From positions 39,330,985 through 39,394,984 of the forward strand of contig NC_081365.1 in NCBI RefSeq assembly GCF_030684315.1: DNA of 64,000 nt. Direction: 5' to 3'. The translations under genes were made by a program, and so were the position numbers. This DNA is from Stegostoma tigrinum (Eukaryota). The notes beneath the pieces were generated by a model. It was not told where the DNA came from. It worked only from the letters and a program-made list of their open reading frames with translations, and ran no database searches. Positions 27,575 to 41,065 of the stretch are shown one piece after another; within the stretch, counting starts at the first letter, position 1; each line of letters begins with the position of its first letter.

Positions 27575-28386
27575 ACATACTCCCAAACCCGATCAGCCAT
27601 CAACAAGGCATAAGTCAGCTGAGTAATGAGATACTCCCCTCTTATTTGGATGAGTGCAGCTCCAACAAAACTCAAGAAGTTTGACATCACCCAGGACAAA
27701 GCAGCCCACTTGACTGACGTCACATCCAAAAGCATCCGTTCCCTCTACTATTGACATTCAGTAGTAGCAATGTGTCCCGCCTACAAAATGTGCTGCAGAA
27801 ATTCACCAAACATCATTCAACAGCACCTTCCAAAGCAATAACCACTTCTATCTAGAAGGACAAGGGCAACAGTTACATGGGAATACCACCACCTTCAAAT
27901 TCCCTCCAAGTTTCTCACCATCCTGACTTAGAAATAAATCACTATTCCTTAAGTGCTGCTGGGTCAAAATCCTGGAATTCCCTCCCTAATTGCATTGTGA
28001 GTCAATTTACAGCACATTTACTGCAGCAGTTCACAAAGGCCATTCACCACCATCTTCTCAAAGGTAACTAGGGACAGGCAATAAATTTTGGCCAACCAGT
28101 GATTCCACACCCCATGAGTGAATATAAAATAACTATCAAAAGTACAATATTCCAGTTGAGGCTAAAATAGTATTCCATACATGTTACCCACAACCTCCTT
28201 GCTTTTTTATCCAATGTCTCTAACAACAAAGCTTAGGAAGCTGTATGCTTATTAACCACTCTCTCAACCTTTCCCTTCATCTTCAACAACTTATGCACTT
28301 GAACATCAAGGTTGCTGAATCCATTTTTAGAAATGTATCCTTCAGTTTACATTGGGTCTTCTTTCTTTTTCTGCTAAAATTAATTT

Positions 28387-28687
28387 TAGATTAGATTAGA
28401 TTCCCTACAGTGTGGAAACAGGACCTTTGGCCCAACAAGTCCTCACCGTCCCTTGAAGCATCCCACCCAGACCCCTCCCCCATAACCCACACACCCCTGG
28501 ACACTACGGGCAATTTAGCATGGCCTAGCCACCTAAACCGCACATCTTTGGACTGTGGGACGAAATCCATGCAGACACGGGGAGAATGTGCAAACTCCAC
28601 ACAGACAGTCGCCCGAGGTGGGAATCGACCCCAGGTCCCTGGCGCTGTGAGGCTGCAGTGCTAACCACTGAGCCACCATGCCGCCCC
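28387..28687 (-). mobile_element. HE1-type V-SINE
   Basis: Reverse-complement copy with (TAGAT)n tail. Confidence 0.85.
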
Positions 28688-28794
28688 AGTATTTAACTCC
28701 TTAAATCATTTAGCTCCTCTCTGTTTAAATTTTACCTACTACTTATCCACTCAATCCAACACCTCTTGTCTGTAACCTTTGAATTTCTGCACTA

Positions 28795-30210
28795 TCTAAG
28801 GTTTCAGCGAAGATTTTTAGCTTGGGTTGTGGATGAGATTGTTGACTTGCTCACCAAGCTGGCTTATTTTTGTTCAGATGTTTCGTCGCCATGCTAGGTA
28901 ACATCATCAGTGAGGCCTACAATGAAACAATATTGTTCTACTCCTGACCCGTCCGTTATGATGAGTTGAGTAATTTCTGGTTTTGTTCTGTACAGGTTTG
29001 TATATGGGGTCCAATTCTATATGTTTGTTGATTGCATTATGGGTTGAGAACCGTGCCTCTAGGAATTCCCGTGCATGTCTACATTTGGCTTCGGCTACTA
29101 TGGTTATGTTGTCCCAATTAAACCGATGGCCTTCATTGTCTGAGTGTACTAATATTAAGGAAAGTTCATTGTGTAGTTTTGCTGCAAGTTGATGCTCATG
29201 TATCGTCTTGGCTAGTTTCCTTCCTGTCTGTCTGATGGCAGTTGTTGCATGGTAAACTACGTTGGTTCTGCATGCTGTGAGAGTAGGGTCTTTAATCCTT
29301 GTGAGTATTTTTCATAGAGTGGCTGTGGGCTTGGATGCTACCATCATTCCTAACTTTTGTCGGAGTCTTGTCAGTTCTGATATGTTCTTGATAAAGGGCA
29401 GTGTGGCCAGTGTGTTAGGGCGTACTGTGTCCTCTTGGTGGTGTCTATTTAGTAGGTAGTTGCGGATAACTTGTAGGCATATCCGTTCATAGTGAAGATT
29501 TTATAAAGGTGCTCTTCCACTTTCCTGCGTAGTTCTGGTGTTTTGCAGCGAGTAGTGGCCCATTTAAGTAGTGTCCTCATACAGCTTTGTTTGTGGATGT
29601 TGGGGTGGTTGCTGTGGAAGTTGAGGATTTGGTCAGTGTGGGTTGGTTTCCAATATACCGAGGTTTGGGATTCCCCATTGGTCATACGTTCAACTCTGAT
29701 GTCCAGAAATGGAAGCTGATTGTTGTTTTCATTTTCTTTTGTGAATTTAATTCTGGCGAATATGTTGTTGTTGAGGTAGAGGGTCTCTTCTAGTTTGGTG
29801 CGTTTAATGAGGACAAATGTGTCACCCATGTACCAGATCCACAGTTTAGATTGAGCGTGGGGGAGGGTGGTGTGTTCTAGTCTTTGCATGACTGCCTCTG
29901 CGATAAGTCCTGCGATGGGGGTGAGTCTATGGGTGTGCCATTGATCTGCTTGTATACTTGAATTTTAAAGGCAAACTATGTGGTGAGGCATAAGTCTAGT
30001 AGTTTGAGTATGTTGTCATTGTTGATGGAGCTGCTGGTCTGAGTTCCTGCTTCCTTTAGTAATGTGACCAGTGTTTCTTTGGCTAGTGGGATGTCGATTG
30101 ACGTGAATAATACTGTGATGACAAAGGATACCATATTCTCAACATCACTGATTTTTATATTGTTGAGAGTACTGCAGACTTCTTGGGTTGAGTGGATGGA
30201 ATGGGGTGCA
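28795..30210 (-). mobile_element. Decayed Poseidon-type Penelope-like element
   Basis: LWIWYMGDTFV (decayed RYVDD), IKFTKE..NNQLPFLDI, SVYWKPTHTDQILNFHSNHP; upstream MVSFVITVLFTSI; 3' hammerhead. Clade call from overall motif style. Confidence 0.8.
28877..28910 (-). ncRNA. Hammerhead motif at 3' end of Poseidon-type PLE
   Basis: Reverse complement CTGATGA-T-GTTACC(TAGCAT)GGCGAC-GAAACATC; flanks TCA/TGA can form a short stem I. Confidence 0.6.
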
Positions 30211-32040
30211 TTATCTTCCTAACTGTTCACCATGTTTCCAAGCTTCAGCTATCAGCTGTAAGTTTTGAAGTGCCCTGCACAGCAGAATCCAAGTCTTTTT
30301 TTTTCCACTTTGATTATGGATGTGGGCATCGCTGGCATCATTTATTGCTCATCACCAATTGCCTTTGAGAAGAAGGTGGTGCCTTCTTGAAGCACTATAG
30401 TCCATGGGAGGTAGGTTCCCCCAAAGTGCTCTTAGGAAGAGAGCTCCAGGTTTTTGATCCAGCAACAGTGAATGAATGGCATGATTGTCCCGATTCGGAA
30501 TATTGTGTGTCTTGGGGGAAATTTTGCAGGTGATTGTGTTCCCATGCATATGCTACCCTTGTCCTTCTAGGTGGTGGAGACTATGGTGCTGGAAGATGCT
30601 TTCAATGCAGCCGTGATGAATTGATGCATTACATCTTGTAGATGGTACACACCGCTGTTATTGAGCTTTGGTGATGGAGGGAGTGAATGGTGAAGGTGGT
30701 AGCTAGAATACCAATCAAGTGGACTCTTGTGTCCTGGATTCTGTTGAACATCAAATTTTGTTGCACCTGCACACATCCAAGCAAGTGGAGAGTAGCCATC
30801 ATACTCCTGATTTGTGCCTTGCAGATGGTGGACAAGCTCTGGGGAGTCAGGAGATGAATTTGTCCCTACAAAATTCTTAACCTTTGACCTGTTGTCATAA
30901 CTAGAGTGTTTCTGTGGCTAGTACAGTTCAGTCACTGGTGAGGATGTTGATACAACAATGGTAATCTTGATGAGCATGAAATAAAATTGGTTAGATTCTC
31001 TATTTTTTGTAGGTGGTCATTACCTGGTATGTGCATGGCATGTAAGTTCCTTGTCACTTATTAGTCTAAAGTCAGATGTTGCCCAGGTCTTGCTGCATTT
31101 GTGCACAGGTTACTTTAGCATTGTGGAGCTGGTGGCAAAGTGGTAATGTCACTGGAACAGTAACACACAACCCCAGGCTAATATTTTGTGGATGTGGTTT
31201 CAAATTCCACTCAGTACAAGTTGGAATATGAATTCAATAAAAATCCGTAATTAAAAGCTAGCCTAATTGTTGACTGTGAAAGCACTGTTGATTGTTGTAA
31301 CAATCTAGCTGGTTCACCGTCCTTTAGGAAAGGAGATCTGCCATTGACACCTAGTCTGGTCTGCATGTGACTCCAGTTAAACAGGAATATTGTTGTCTCT
31401 TAACTGTGCTCTGGGCAATTAGGAACAAGCAACAAATGTTGAACACAAAGCAATCTGTGAACATGCCCACTTCTGAACTAAGATGGAGAGGATTAATCAA
31501 GTAGCTGAAAACGGTTGCTGGGCCCACGATACAATCCTGAAAAGCTCTTGCAGTGATGTCCTAGAACTTTGAACTGCCATAAGCAACTTTCTTTGTGCTG
31601 GATACGACTCCAACAAATGCAGAGTTTACCAGATTCCCATTGACTTCAGTTTTGTTGGAGCTTAATGATACCATAGTCAGTCTAATAATGATAATAAACA
31701 GCAGTCATTCCCAACTCATGTCCTGAATTTAGCTTTTTGTCAGATCTGAACAAAAGTGGTGATGAGGTCAAGAGATTAGTCACCCTGTTGGAATCCAAAC
31801 TGAGCAGGTTATTTCTCAGCAAGTGCTGTTTGATAATGCTGTTAGTGACCCTTTCTGTTACATTTCTGATATTCGAGAGCAGACCAATGGGTCTACAATT
31901 AGCCAGAACGGGTTTGTGCTACTTTTTGTAGACAGAATGTATTTACACTCCTATGTAGATGCCAGTGTTGTAGTGGGTCTGCAACAGCTTAGTTTCAGTC
32001 ACAGCTGATGTACAGCATGAATCTTTGGTACCACTGGCAT

Positions 32041-32620
32041 TGTGAACTGTGGGATTTATACGTATAATGTTTAACGTTAGTCGCTGCAGCTTGGTACTTT
32101 GGAGTTGATCTAGTAGCTAGTGGGTTTTCCTGATTAATTTCCTAATTAACTTATAAATATTTCTATGGTCATGGCGATTTATTTTAAAACCAGTTTTTGA
32201 AGCCTGGCTGTAAAGTAAAAGTACATTTGTGTGCCAATTGGCTTCTGTTTATTTTGGATAGTTTGCAACTCTGTGGTAAATCTACGACCTCAGAGAGAAT
32301 TGTTGGACAGTTCTGGAATTGGCTTTTCAGATTGTCGTTGGCACTCTTGGCTTAGACAGCAAAACTTTTAATTTCACTTTTAACTTTGAGTACTGTTAAT
32401 CCTGGGAATTTAGAAATGTATAGGCTCAGATTACTCTCGTTTATCTAAAGTCCTTTTTTAATAGACATCCAGTTTATTGTTAAAGTAAACCCTTTGTATG
32501 CTCATCATTAAGCGAGAGACCACCTTGTTAAAAACAAAACAATAAGAATGAGATCTATCAAGTCATGTTTCTGTCTGGGATCTGACTTGTCCAGTAGTAA
32601 TATTTGATGATATCATAACA
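32041..32620 (+). mobile_element. Probable solo LTR inserted in a LINE; related reverse copy at ~18604-20383 split by a CR1
   Basis: TGTG...ATAACA termini. 32480-32620 is similar to the reverse complement of 18604-18790. The LINE resumes on both sides. Confidence 0.55.
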
Positions 32621-35600
32621 TTATCAGGACCCATAGCAGAGTGTGGTGCCTTTAGCTATTTCTTGATATTGTGAAGTAAATTGAAATGATTGGAGACTGG
32701 CAACTGTGATTCTAGGACCCTTCTTCAGCCTGAAAATCTTTCATTAGCTATTATTCTATCAACTTTGTATCCATGGTCTGGATTTTCCCAGACCCCCAAT
32801 GACCATGGGCAATGCAGAGTAAGTTGGGATAATATGACTGACTGCAGGATGTGATTCCTGACCTAGACAAAATCAAAGTCGAATTCTGTGCCCAAGGTTT
32901 GAGTGATGATAGGAGAATCTTGTTAATAAATAGGGAGAGGCTCATTGCATGCATTTACATCTCATTATTAACTACTGTCACATCATAGTGTTTGCTATTC
33001 GCTAACGTGGCTGAGTGCAACTAGACAGGAACAATCCCAGAAATGAGAGCCAGAGAGGAAACCTGGTACATTTCTCCATGGGCAGCAAACATACTTAAAA
33101 GCATGCCAGCACCTTCCATTGTAATGTTGCTGCCAGGTGGATTTGCACACAGAGATGGGCATCTATGCCATGTATCAGAACAGGGTGCGTTTCGGGGATC
33201 TTTGCTTGCTTTCTGAGCACTCACTCATTTTGTGCCTGATTGGATGCTGTGCCTTGCTTTGCCTTTTTATGCTTTCCTGCCTCATTTAGAAGAGGCTTAA
33301 GCTACGTGTGTCTTGCCTTGCATTTTAGCACAGGCATAAAGCCAGGCAGCCTGTCATGGTTTAGTGACAATCAGGGCTGGATATGTTGCTATATGGTACA
33401 GACTGCTTCCATATTGTCCCTTAGCATTTGCCAACAGCTTATGTAGCAAGCACTCAATGTGCTTCAATCAAATCCTTTAGTTTAAGCGAAGGATACTTCA
33501 GTCAAGTCAAGAAAGACTGTTGTCAGATTGGGGGCATTGCCACAGTCAGCCAAGGGCAATGATCAATTTCAGTCCAATAGCTGGGCCGTGGTCAATCAGT
33601 TGCTTGGGCAGAAGTCCCATATCATGAGAATGAACTGCCAGCCTTTGTTTACATTTAACTATCCATCAGCACTAATGTGTGCATTCAATGCGTCAACAAT
33701 TCTACCAACCACAGTCCACCTGACAATCATTTATCACTTTCTTCTTGTCAAATATATATGTTGGTTTCCACCCTGAATTGTCATCCCCATGAAATGTCCT
33801 GATAAGTGCAAGATGAGAAGCTTCCACAAAACATGTCTTTCTTCAGTAATATTCAAGTTTCATATTACCAAATGACGAATAATTTTATTTTGGTTTCTGC
33901 AGCTTGGCTACTAGGGAATTCTAGATGAGTTGGCAGGCTAGGTAATGGGGGAGAAATGATAGTACTCATGCCAAGCCATACTTACAAGTACTAATGTAGC
34001 ACAGAGGTATGAGTGGTCATAGGCACAGGTAAAAGTTTTTAGATGGCATGATTACAGTATGGGAGTAAGGGGATGTAGAGGATTGAGAGGGGTGAGGATT
34101 AGAGGAATTTAATATTTTTTATTTTTACATTTTGAACATAGTATTGGAGTCCTGAAGCAGGCTTTCTGCCCAACTTATCTCAGCAATTGATAGTTTCTTC
34201 AGGACTTCTCAAATCACCACCCCGCTACCACCCATCCTGTCCCTCCAACCCACCAGCCACTCCAAACCAAAAAATAGCCGGCTTTCAAAGTCAGAAATTT
34301 TCCCATCTCTTTGCATTCAGCAATGTCTTAAAGTGAAAGCTAAAGGTAGAGAGGCTGACAGGTTTAGACTGGGAATTCCAGAGATTATGACCAACGCAGC
34401 TGAAGTAATGGCCATCATTATAAAAAGGAATGAACAAGAAACTAGAGCGAAGAAAGTGCAGAGATCCCAAAGACTGTCGTACTAGAGAATTTTAGAGAGA
34501 GAGATGATTAGATGCATAGAATCTGTTGTCATCTTTTCAAATGATGTCATGAGTGACAGAAAAATAGGAGGGTGACAAGAATTGATCCTTAGCGGCTTTC
34601 AGAGGTAATAGTACAAGATGAGGAAAAGAAGGTATTTGACATGATGCAGTGGCTATGGCTGGATAGAATGGAACAAATTGAGTGCAGTTCTACAAACTGA
34701 AATGATAAGGGAGAGATTTTTAATTCATGCAAGGGATGGGAGTGTCCCTGGAAAACCAAGGATTTATCATGCATCCTTCATCACCTGACTCTTCTTGGTG
34801 GTAGAAGTTGTGGGTTTGGGAGGTGCTACCAAAGAAGCCTGGCTAAGTTATTCGAGTACCACCTACAAAATGCTGTCACTCAGCATCAGTGTTGAAGGGA
34901 ATGAATGTTTAAGGTGGTGGATGATGTGTTGATCAAGTGGCTGCTTTGTCCTAGACGTTGTCAAGTTTCCTAAATGTTCTTAGAGCTTTTTGCATCCAGG
35001 TACGTTGAGCATAAACTATCACACTCCTGATTTGTGTCTTGTCAGAGTTGTAAAATCTTTAGGGAGTCAGGTGATGAAGTACTTACTTTAGAAACCCTAG
35101 CCTCATCCAGTCAGTGTTAATGTGGACAGGCTGCTTAAGTATCCGATCAATCATCAAGAATGTTGATAGGAAGGATTCTGTGATGATGCCACTGCTAACC
35201 ATCAAAGGGAGACTTGCAAACCAGTTTCAGAGAATGCCAAAAGCAGCTAGTTAGGTTTTCTTGTTGCAAGTAATCATTGCTTTGCACTTCTGTGGTGCAA
35301 ATGTGACTTATCACTTATCAGGCCAAATCTGAATATTGTCTGGGTCTTGATGCACATGGCACAGATTGCTTCGTACCAACAGTGGCCAGCTGTGTCAAGG
35401 ATCACAGAAGGTTGGGGAGGATCAGAATGAAGTGTATTATGTTCACAGTCACCAAGCATATAATTTGTATCATCGACGAGGGCAATTTCAATTACTGTGG
35501 CAGGGACTGAATTGGAGATTTTTAAAATTAAGCTACACAGGACACATACCTCTTCAATTAGCCTTCATCTTATTTTCGTTTTGATAATGTTAGTGATAAT

Positions 35601-38066
35601 ATCTAGTTAAATCTGGATACTTATTCATTTCAACAGTTTCTCCATTACAGTGAGATCAGAATTCGCATTTAATTGGCAGAATGGTTCTGACATTATCAGT
35701 TTCAGTACAAATCACAAGAAAAATACTACTTACTAAGTTGGTAATATTAAACAAATTCTTTTGTTGTATAGTTAATCTCTAAATTCAGTAAAAACGGCAC
35801 TGATTCCTTGACCTGTTTATTTAAAAGGTTTTGAATCATCCTATGAAATAACATTGGGCTGATTGTCTAACTCTAGATCAAACCTGAAAACAACTTTAAT
35901 GGGTTTAGAGAAGCTAGATTTCAAAACAGTTGTAATGTGTCCACAGAGGGTCTATTATGGTGTATATGTTCCAGCTGGGTTACAAATTTCAATGTGTTTA
36001 CAAATCAATTTAGTCATGTAGTGATAAACTGCAGTTTCATATTTCTCTAAAATGTGCTGGGTGAAAAATCTTCAGGGTATCTGCAAAGGCGATGTGAGTT
36101 AAAAATGCCAATTCGGGCTGTCTTTCTCCTCTCCCTTATCTACCTGCATTCCCTCCCCATGAACCTCATGTGAGGATAACGGATCCACTTAAATAGCATA
36201 CCTTATTCATGTGGCTTCTCATGGGTGAGAGTTTAGACAACAAACACTAGTTGGTTATTTCCTTGGATTCCACTCAAAAGCACCAATCCCAAATGTACCC
36301 AGAGGCTTCCTCTTCCTCCTTGGCCATGCGAAGCAGTCTTTCTCCTCATCCAAACCATTATAAGTGAACACTTCATACTCCCCCTATGTGGTTGTGCCCA
36401 CAGCAAACAGCTGCTTCCTCCACACCAAACCCTGCAATCATGTCCATAAATGTACTGCCCTAATACCTTCATCATGCCCAAAACCTTCATTCCCATTTGC
36501 TTGCCATTATTTCAAGTGGATGCCACACACATTTCACTGCGATCATAACCAGGGTCAGGTATCGCAGAAGAGTTTGTGCATCTACAATATATATATAGCC
36601 CTGCTGCAAAAGATTTTCATGCTCTCTGCCTTCCTGACTCTTTGATTTTTTACTGGGCTCCTGTGCTTCCTTTCCACCTCCACGTTCATTTCAAAGTCCT
36701 ACTGTCCAGGGTCATCAATGAGGAACAACTAATTGGATGTGGTACAGAAAGACGTAACTGAATGGACAATGTTTTTCAAACATCTCCTTTCTATGTTGCT
36801 GCACGCTGATCTAACACAAAGAAATTTTTAGTGCACATATTAGTCTCGTCATCTCAAGACAGGTAGCTTTTCTGCTCACACAGTTCTATTATGTCAAAGT
36901 CAATTAGCATTCATGGATAAAGGTTTTGGATTTCAACATTGCTGCAGTCACCCTCTGAATGAGCTCTCAGAGGCAGGTTTGCAACTTGCAACCATGGAGA
37001 GACAATATTTGACTTATTTCAGTATTTTGACTTTGTAGCCCATATGCCACCTCCATCAGTGATAACCAAATCACACTTCAAAATGTGATCAAAACATCTT
37101 GTACATCCCAGAGACAAATGCTAAAATACATATTGAAAACATCAATGAGGAGAACAACTGTAGAAGTTATTAAAACTGTTTTCCAAACAAAGTAACTTCT
37201 TGCCACCCATTAATTGGAAAATCCCATCCTGACAGATCAAAGGCAGATCCGTAGCTTTGAGGTACAGACCACACAATATTTAGCTTTGAAATGGGGGCAG
37301 GATTGAGACTATTTACAATTGGAACCAATATAGATTAAAAGAAAATAAAAGCAGAAAAAACTAGAAACAGAATAGTGGTGTAGCTATAAAGCGGAAGTTC
37401 ATGTTTTCAGAGTGTTTACTTCATCAGAACTGATTACCCACTTATTCTAAATGGATCATTGCTAGTATTAAAACAATACTATCTGCAGAATCTAGGTTTC
37501 TGCAGCCTTTACGGACAGATGGGTTTGAATTAAAACTGAGCCCAGGATTCAATTCCAGTCATAAGGATCGGATTTCCTTGCTGCACTCCCATATGGCTCA
37601 ACTTTCACTACAAGATATAATGTCAACTCTGCATCACCTCAAACTGCAAAATTCAGAAATCTGTGATACCAAGCACAGATTTATTTGCAGAATTGTTTGC
37701 CACTATACAAACACTGAAATGCTGATTTAAATACACATTTACTACATTTTTGTTCAAGCAGTGGAGGAGTGACCTTCCAAAAGCTAATTGGCATAGACCT
37801 TTTTTTAAAATAGATAGAAAATTGCTGACAAGGAAGGCAATGGCACGAGCCATTAGACTGATTGATGGGAAAATGCTTTGATTATTGGAAAAGTTTGTGA
37901 TATTTCTGTCAGAGACATCCTTTGGATGTCTCTATTGGTAAATATACCACACTGAGTTGTAAAGACAAGAAAGCTTCAGGTTTTCATTCTCTGTTGACAT
38001 ATCACCCCATGGAGGTCTTTGCCTCCTTGTGTGGAATAAAATCTGCTCTCTGCTACTTCAGGTGTA

Positions 38067-38139
38067 GCTGAAATAGCTTAGTTAGAAGAGCATTAGACTG
38101 AAGCTGTAAAGGTCCCTGGTTCGATTCTGGGTTTTGGCA
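38067..38139 (+). pseudogene. tRNA-Phe(GAA) pseudogene
   Basis: 73 nt colinear with vertebrate cytosolic tRNA-Phe (GCTGAAATAGCTTAG...GACTGAAGC...GGTTCGATT...TTTTGGCA). 10 substitutions versus the recalled consensus, including invariant G18>A and C40>G breaking the anticodon stem; 4 are CpG transitions. Confidence 0.85.
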
Positions 38140-38161
38140 AAATATACAAGAAACTCCACTT

Positions 38162-38282
38162 TGGTGGCGTTTTATGGTGTGATAGTAGGGTCCCTACCTC
38201 TGAGTTAGAAGGCATGGGTTCAAGTTCTACCTGGTCGAGAGGTGTGTCATAACGCATTTGAACAGGTTGATTAAAATATCTA
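38162..38282 (+). mobile_element. Short tRNA-derived SINE-like element; related copies at ~57291-57402(+) and ~55085-55155(-)
   Basis: TGGTGTRRTRGT...CCTACCT...TTCAAGTTC head and common end TTAAAATATCT. Confidence 0.55.
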
Positions 38283-38959
38283 TTTGTGGTTCAGATATGA
38301 TGCTCTGATAATGTAAGTCAACAGGCAGTTAACTTTAAAGGGCACAGCTAAGCTTGATCAAGTCTTCACTTATTTTGATCCATATGCACCTCTAACAGGA
38401 GCCACTAGCTAATGAGCACCAGGTATCAGGCTTCCTGTCTATAGCTCAGGGTCACAGAGGCTCATTATAACACTCTAGCTGCCGCTCCATCAGATTCGGT
38501 TAGCTGCAGCTCGCTCAGCATAGGCAGAGGATCAAACCCAGATTTATGACTCAGTTATGTGGTAAAAATCTGCTGAACCATAAAGGGATCTTTGATTTTG
38601 GCTTCGAACTTGGCTGTGAATTGTTACTTATTCATAACCTGTTCAGATATTGAAGAGAGGCTTCATCCACCCTGTGTTGAGGACAGGAATCTTTTTTCCA
38701 AAATAAAGGGGATTTTCCTCCCATTTTCCCATCAAAGTCTGGAGTGTGAAGTGCTTCTAAGTGGAATTATCCAAAGACAAGACTGGTCTTAGTTGTGCTG
38801 CCAATTGCAGTTGAATAACCCATTGACACACTATGTCATGCAGTGCAGCCACTTGACTAAGGTAACAGGTTGAATGTTACCATAGGATCAGCGGCCTGAA
38901 CTGTTACACACTGGACAGGAGAAGAGAACATTGAGAAAGGAAGGACAATGGTATTAGAA

Positions 38960-39276
38960 AACCCATCGAGTCCACACCAACCCTCCAAAGAGCATCCCAA
39001 CCATATCTCCCACCCTCCTCTCATCCCATCCCACTAACCCTGCATTTCTCATGGCTAATCCACCTTGCCTGCACACTACAGGGTAATTTACCACAGCCAA
39101 TCCGCCTAAACTGCACATCTTTGGACAGTGGGAGGAAACCAGAGCAGCCACAGGAAACCCACACAGACACAGGGAGTACATGCAAACTCCACATAGACAG
39201 TCACCAAAGTCTAAAATTGAACTCAGGCCCCTGGAGCTGTGACGCAGCAGTACTAACCAGTAAGCCACTGTGCCGC
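38960..39276 (-). mobile_element. HE1-type V-SINE, older subfamily
   Basis: Head and V-domain recognisable, more diverged. Confidence 0.8.
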
Positions 39277-41065
39277 TCCTTCTGCCACAGGTACCCAAGA
39301 CTGATTACACATGCACAAAAACAGCATGCTCCCCAAATAGTATTTAATGCTTGTTATCTTGTGTGGGATATAACATGCCTTGGGCAGTTTTTGAGGGCTT
39401 CACCGACATATTATTAAATTAGTTATAATTTTCCACGACTGCTTTATAAACTTTTATTTTAATTTTTGTTTTGCAAGATGTAGCGGCAAATATGAACATT
39501 ATTTGCAATAAGAAAGCTTCTATTGACAGCCAAGATACCAATCTAATCAGCATAAGCTTATTACTCCACTGCATGCAATTGCAGAGACAGTTAAAGTAAA
39601 CAGCTGTCTCTGACTGAGTGCAATTTACAGGAAATGGTTAGTCTCTCACTTTCTGGACCTCATTTATAAAAGGCAACCATGTCAGCTCTCCATTTATGTC
39701 ACTGAAGTGTTTCCACAAAATGTTCACTCTGCTAATGTTTTAGGGAACATCTCAATTATACAATGGAGTACATTTCAGGGCACGACAGGTAATGAAAAAA
39801 AGCACACACAAAATTGCACCAGTTTGGACAAGTGTTTTTGCGTCCCTCTATTTTGTTTTCAACCTATTTGCATGTCATATGCATTTTCTGCTATGAAACT
39901 GCTATCAAGCAGTGATTGGAAAATTTCTTTAGAAGAAAGCAAACTGCTTTGAAAAAATGTCCTTTGATGTATTTAGACACACAGGTAGACAATTGCTGTT
40001 AAATTAAAAGATAAATATTGTTATCAACATGCTTGGTCTATCACTTGCAATTAACTGCCTTTTAAATAACAGAAAATAATTTTGAAACACTATACAGAGC
40101 TAATGGCAAAATATTTATCCTTGTAGCAAAACCTCACTTCAACAGCATCTTCAAAAACCAGCAAATTGACATATTAGCAGTAGCTTCCAATTGTGATTAA
40201 TTCAGTTTGGGCACAGGACCAGTTCTAGCATTCTTTTAAAAACACAGATTTGATTATTACTGGACAGAATTTGCAGTTATATATCCACAATCATTTAGTT
40301 TGATTTCATCTCCTGCACTCATCTTACTGATGTTGGGTGAACTGTATGGAAAACACCAAAACATAACCTCCAGGCCCACAACTAACATTTTGGTGATAAC
40401 AAGGTGTGGAGCTGGATGAACACAGCAGGCCAAGCAGCATCAGAGGAGCAGGAAAGCTGACGTTTCGGGCCTAGACCCTACATCAGAAAAGGGGGATGGG
40501 GTGAGGGAACTGGAATAAATAGGGAGAGAGGGGGAGGCGGACCGAAGATGGAGAGAAAAGAAGATAGGTGGAGAGAGTATAGGTGGGGAGGTAGGGAGGG
40601 GATAGGTCAGTCCAGGGAAGATGGACAGGTTAAGGAGGTGGGATGAGGTTAGTAGGTAGATGGGGGTGCCGCTTGGGGTGGGAGGAAGGGATGGGTGAGA
40701 GGAAGAACAGGTTAGGGAGGCAGAGACAGGTTGGACTGGTTTTGGGATGCAGTGGGTGGGGGGGAAGAGCTGGGCTGGTTGTGTGGTGCAGTGGGGGGAG
40801 GGGACGAACTGGGCTGGTTTAGGGATGCAGTAGGGGAAGGGGAGATTTTGAAACTGGTGAAGTCCACATTGATACCATTAGACTGCAGAGTTCAGCTAGG
40901 CGGATGAGGGTGTCGGTAGAGGGGGACTGGTCGGGCCTGCGGGACAGGAAGAAGCGGAGGGCCTTGAGGCCATCTGCATGCGGAATGCAGGTGTATAGGG
41001 ACTGGACGTCCATGGTGAAGATGAGGTGTTGGGGGCCAGGGAATTGGAAGTCCTGGAGGAGGTGG

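Noticed and set aside
32851-32990. GTGATTCCTGAC (VIPD), resembling the start of the next IGSF3 exon
   Set aside because: Wrong strand and no Ig motifs follow; coincidence.
37960-38950. Possible ancient SINE remnants flanking the tRNA pseudogene (also ~56800-57060)
   Set aside because: Too degraded to delimit or name by eye.
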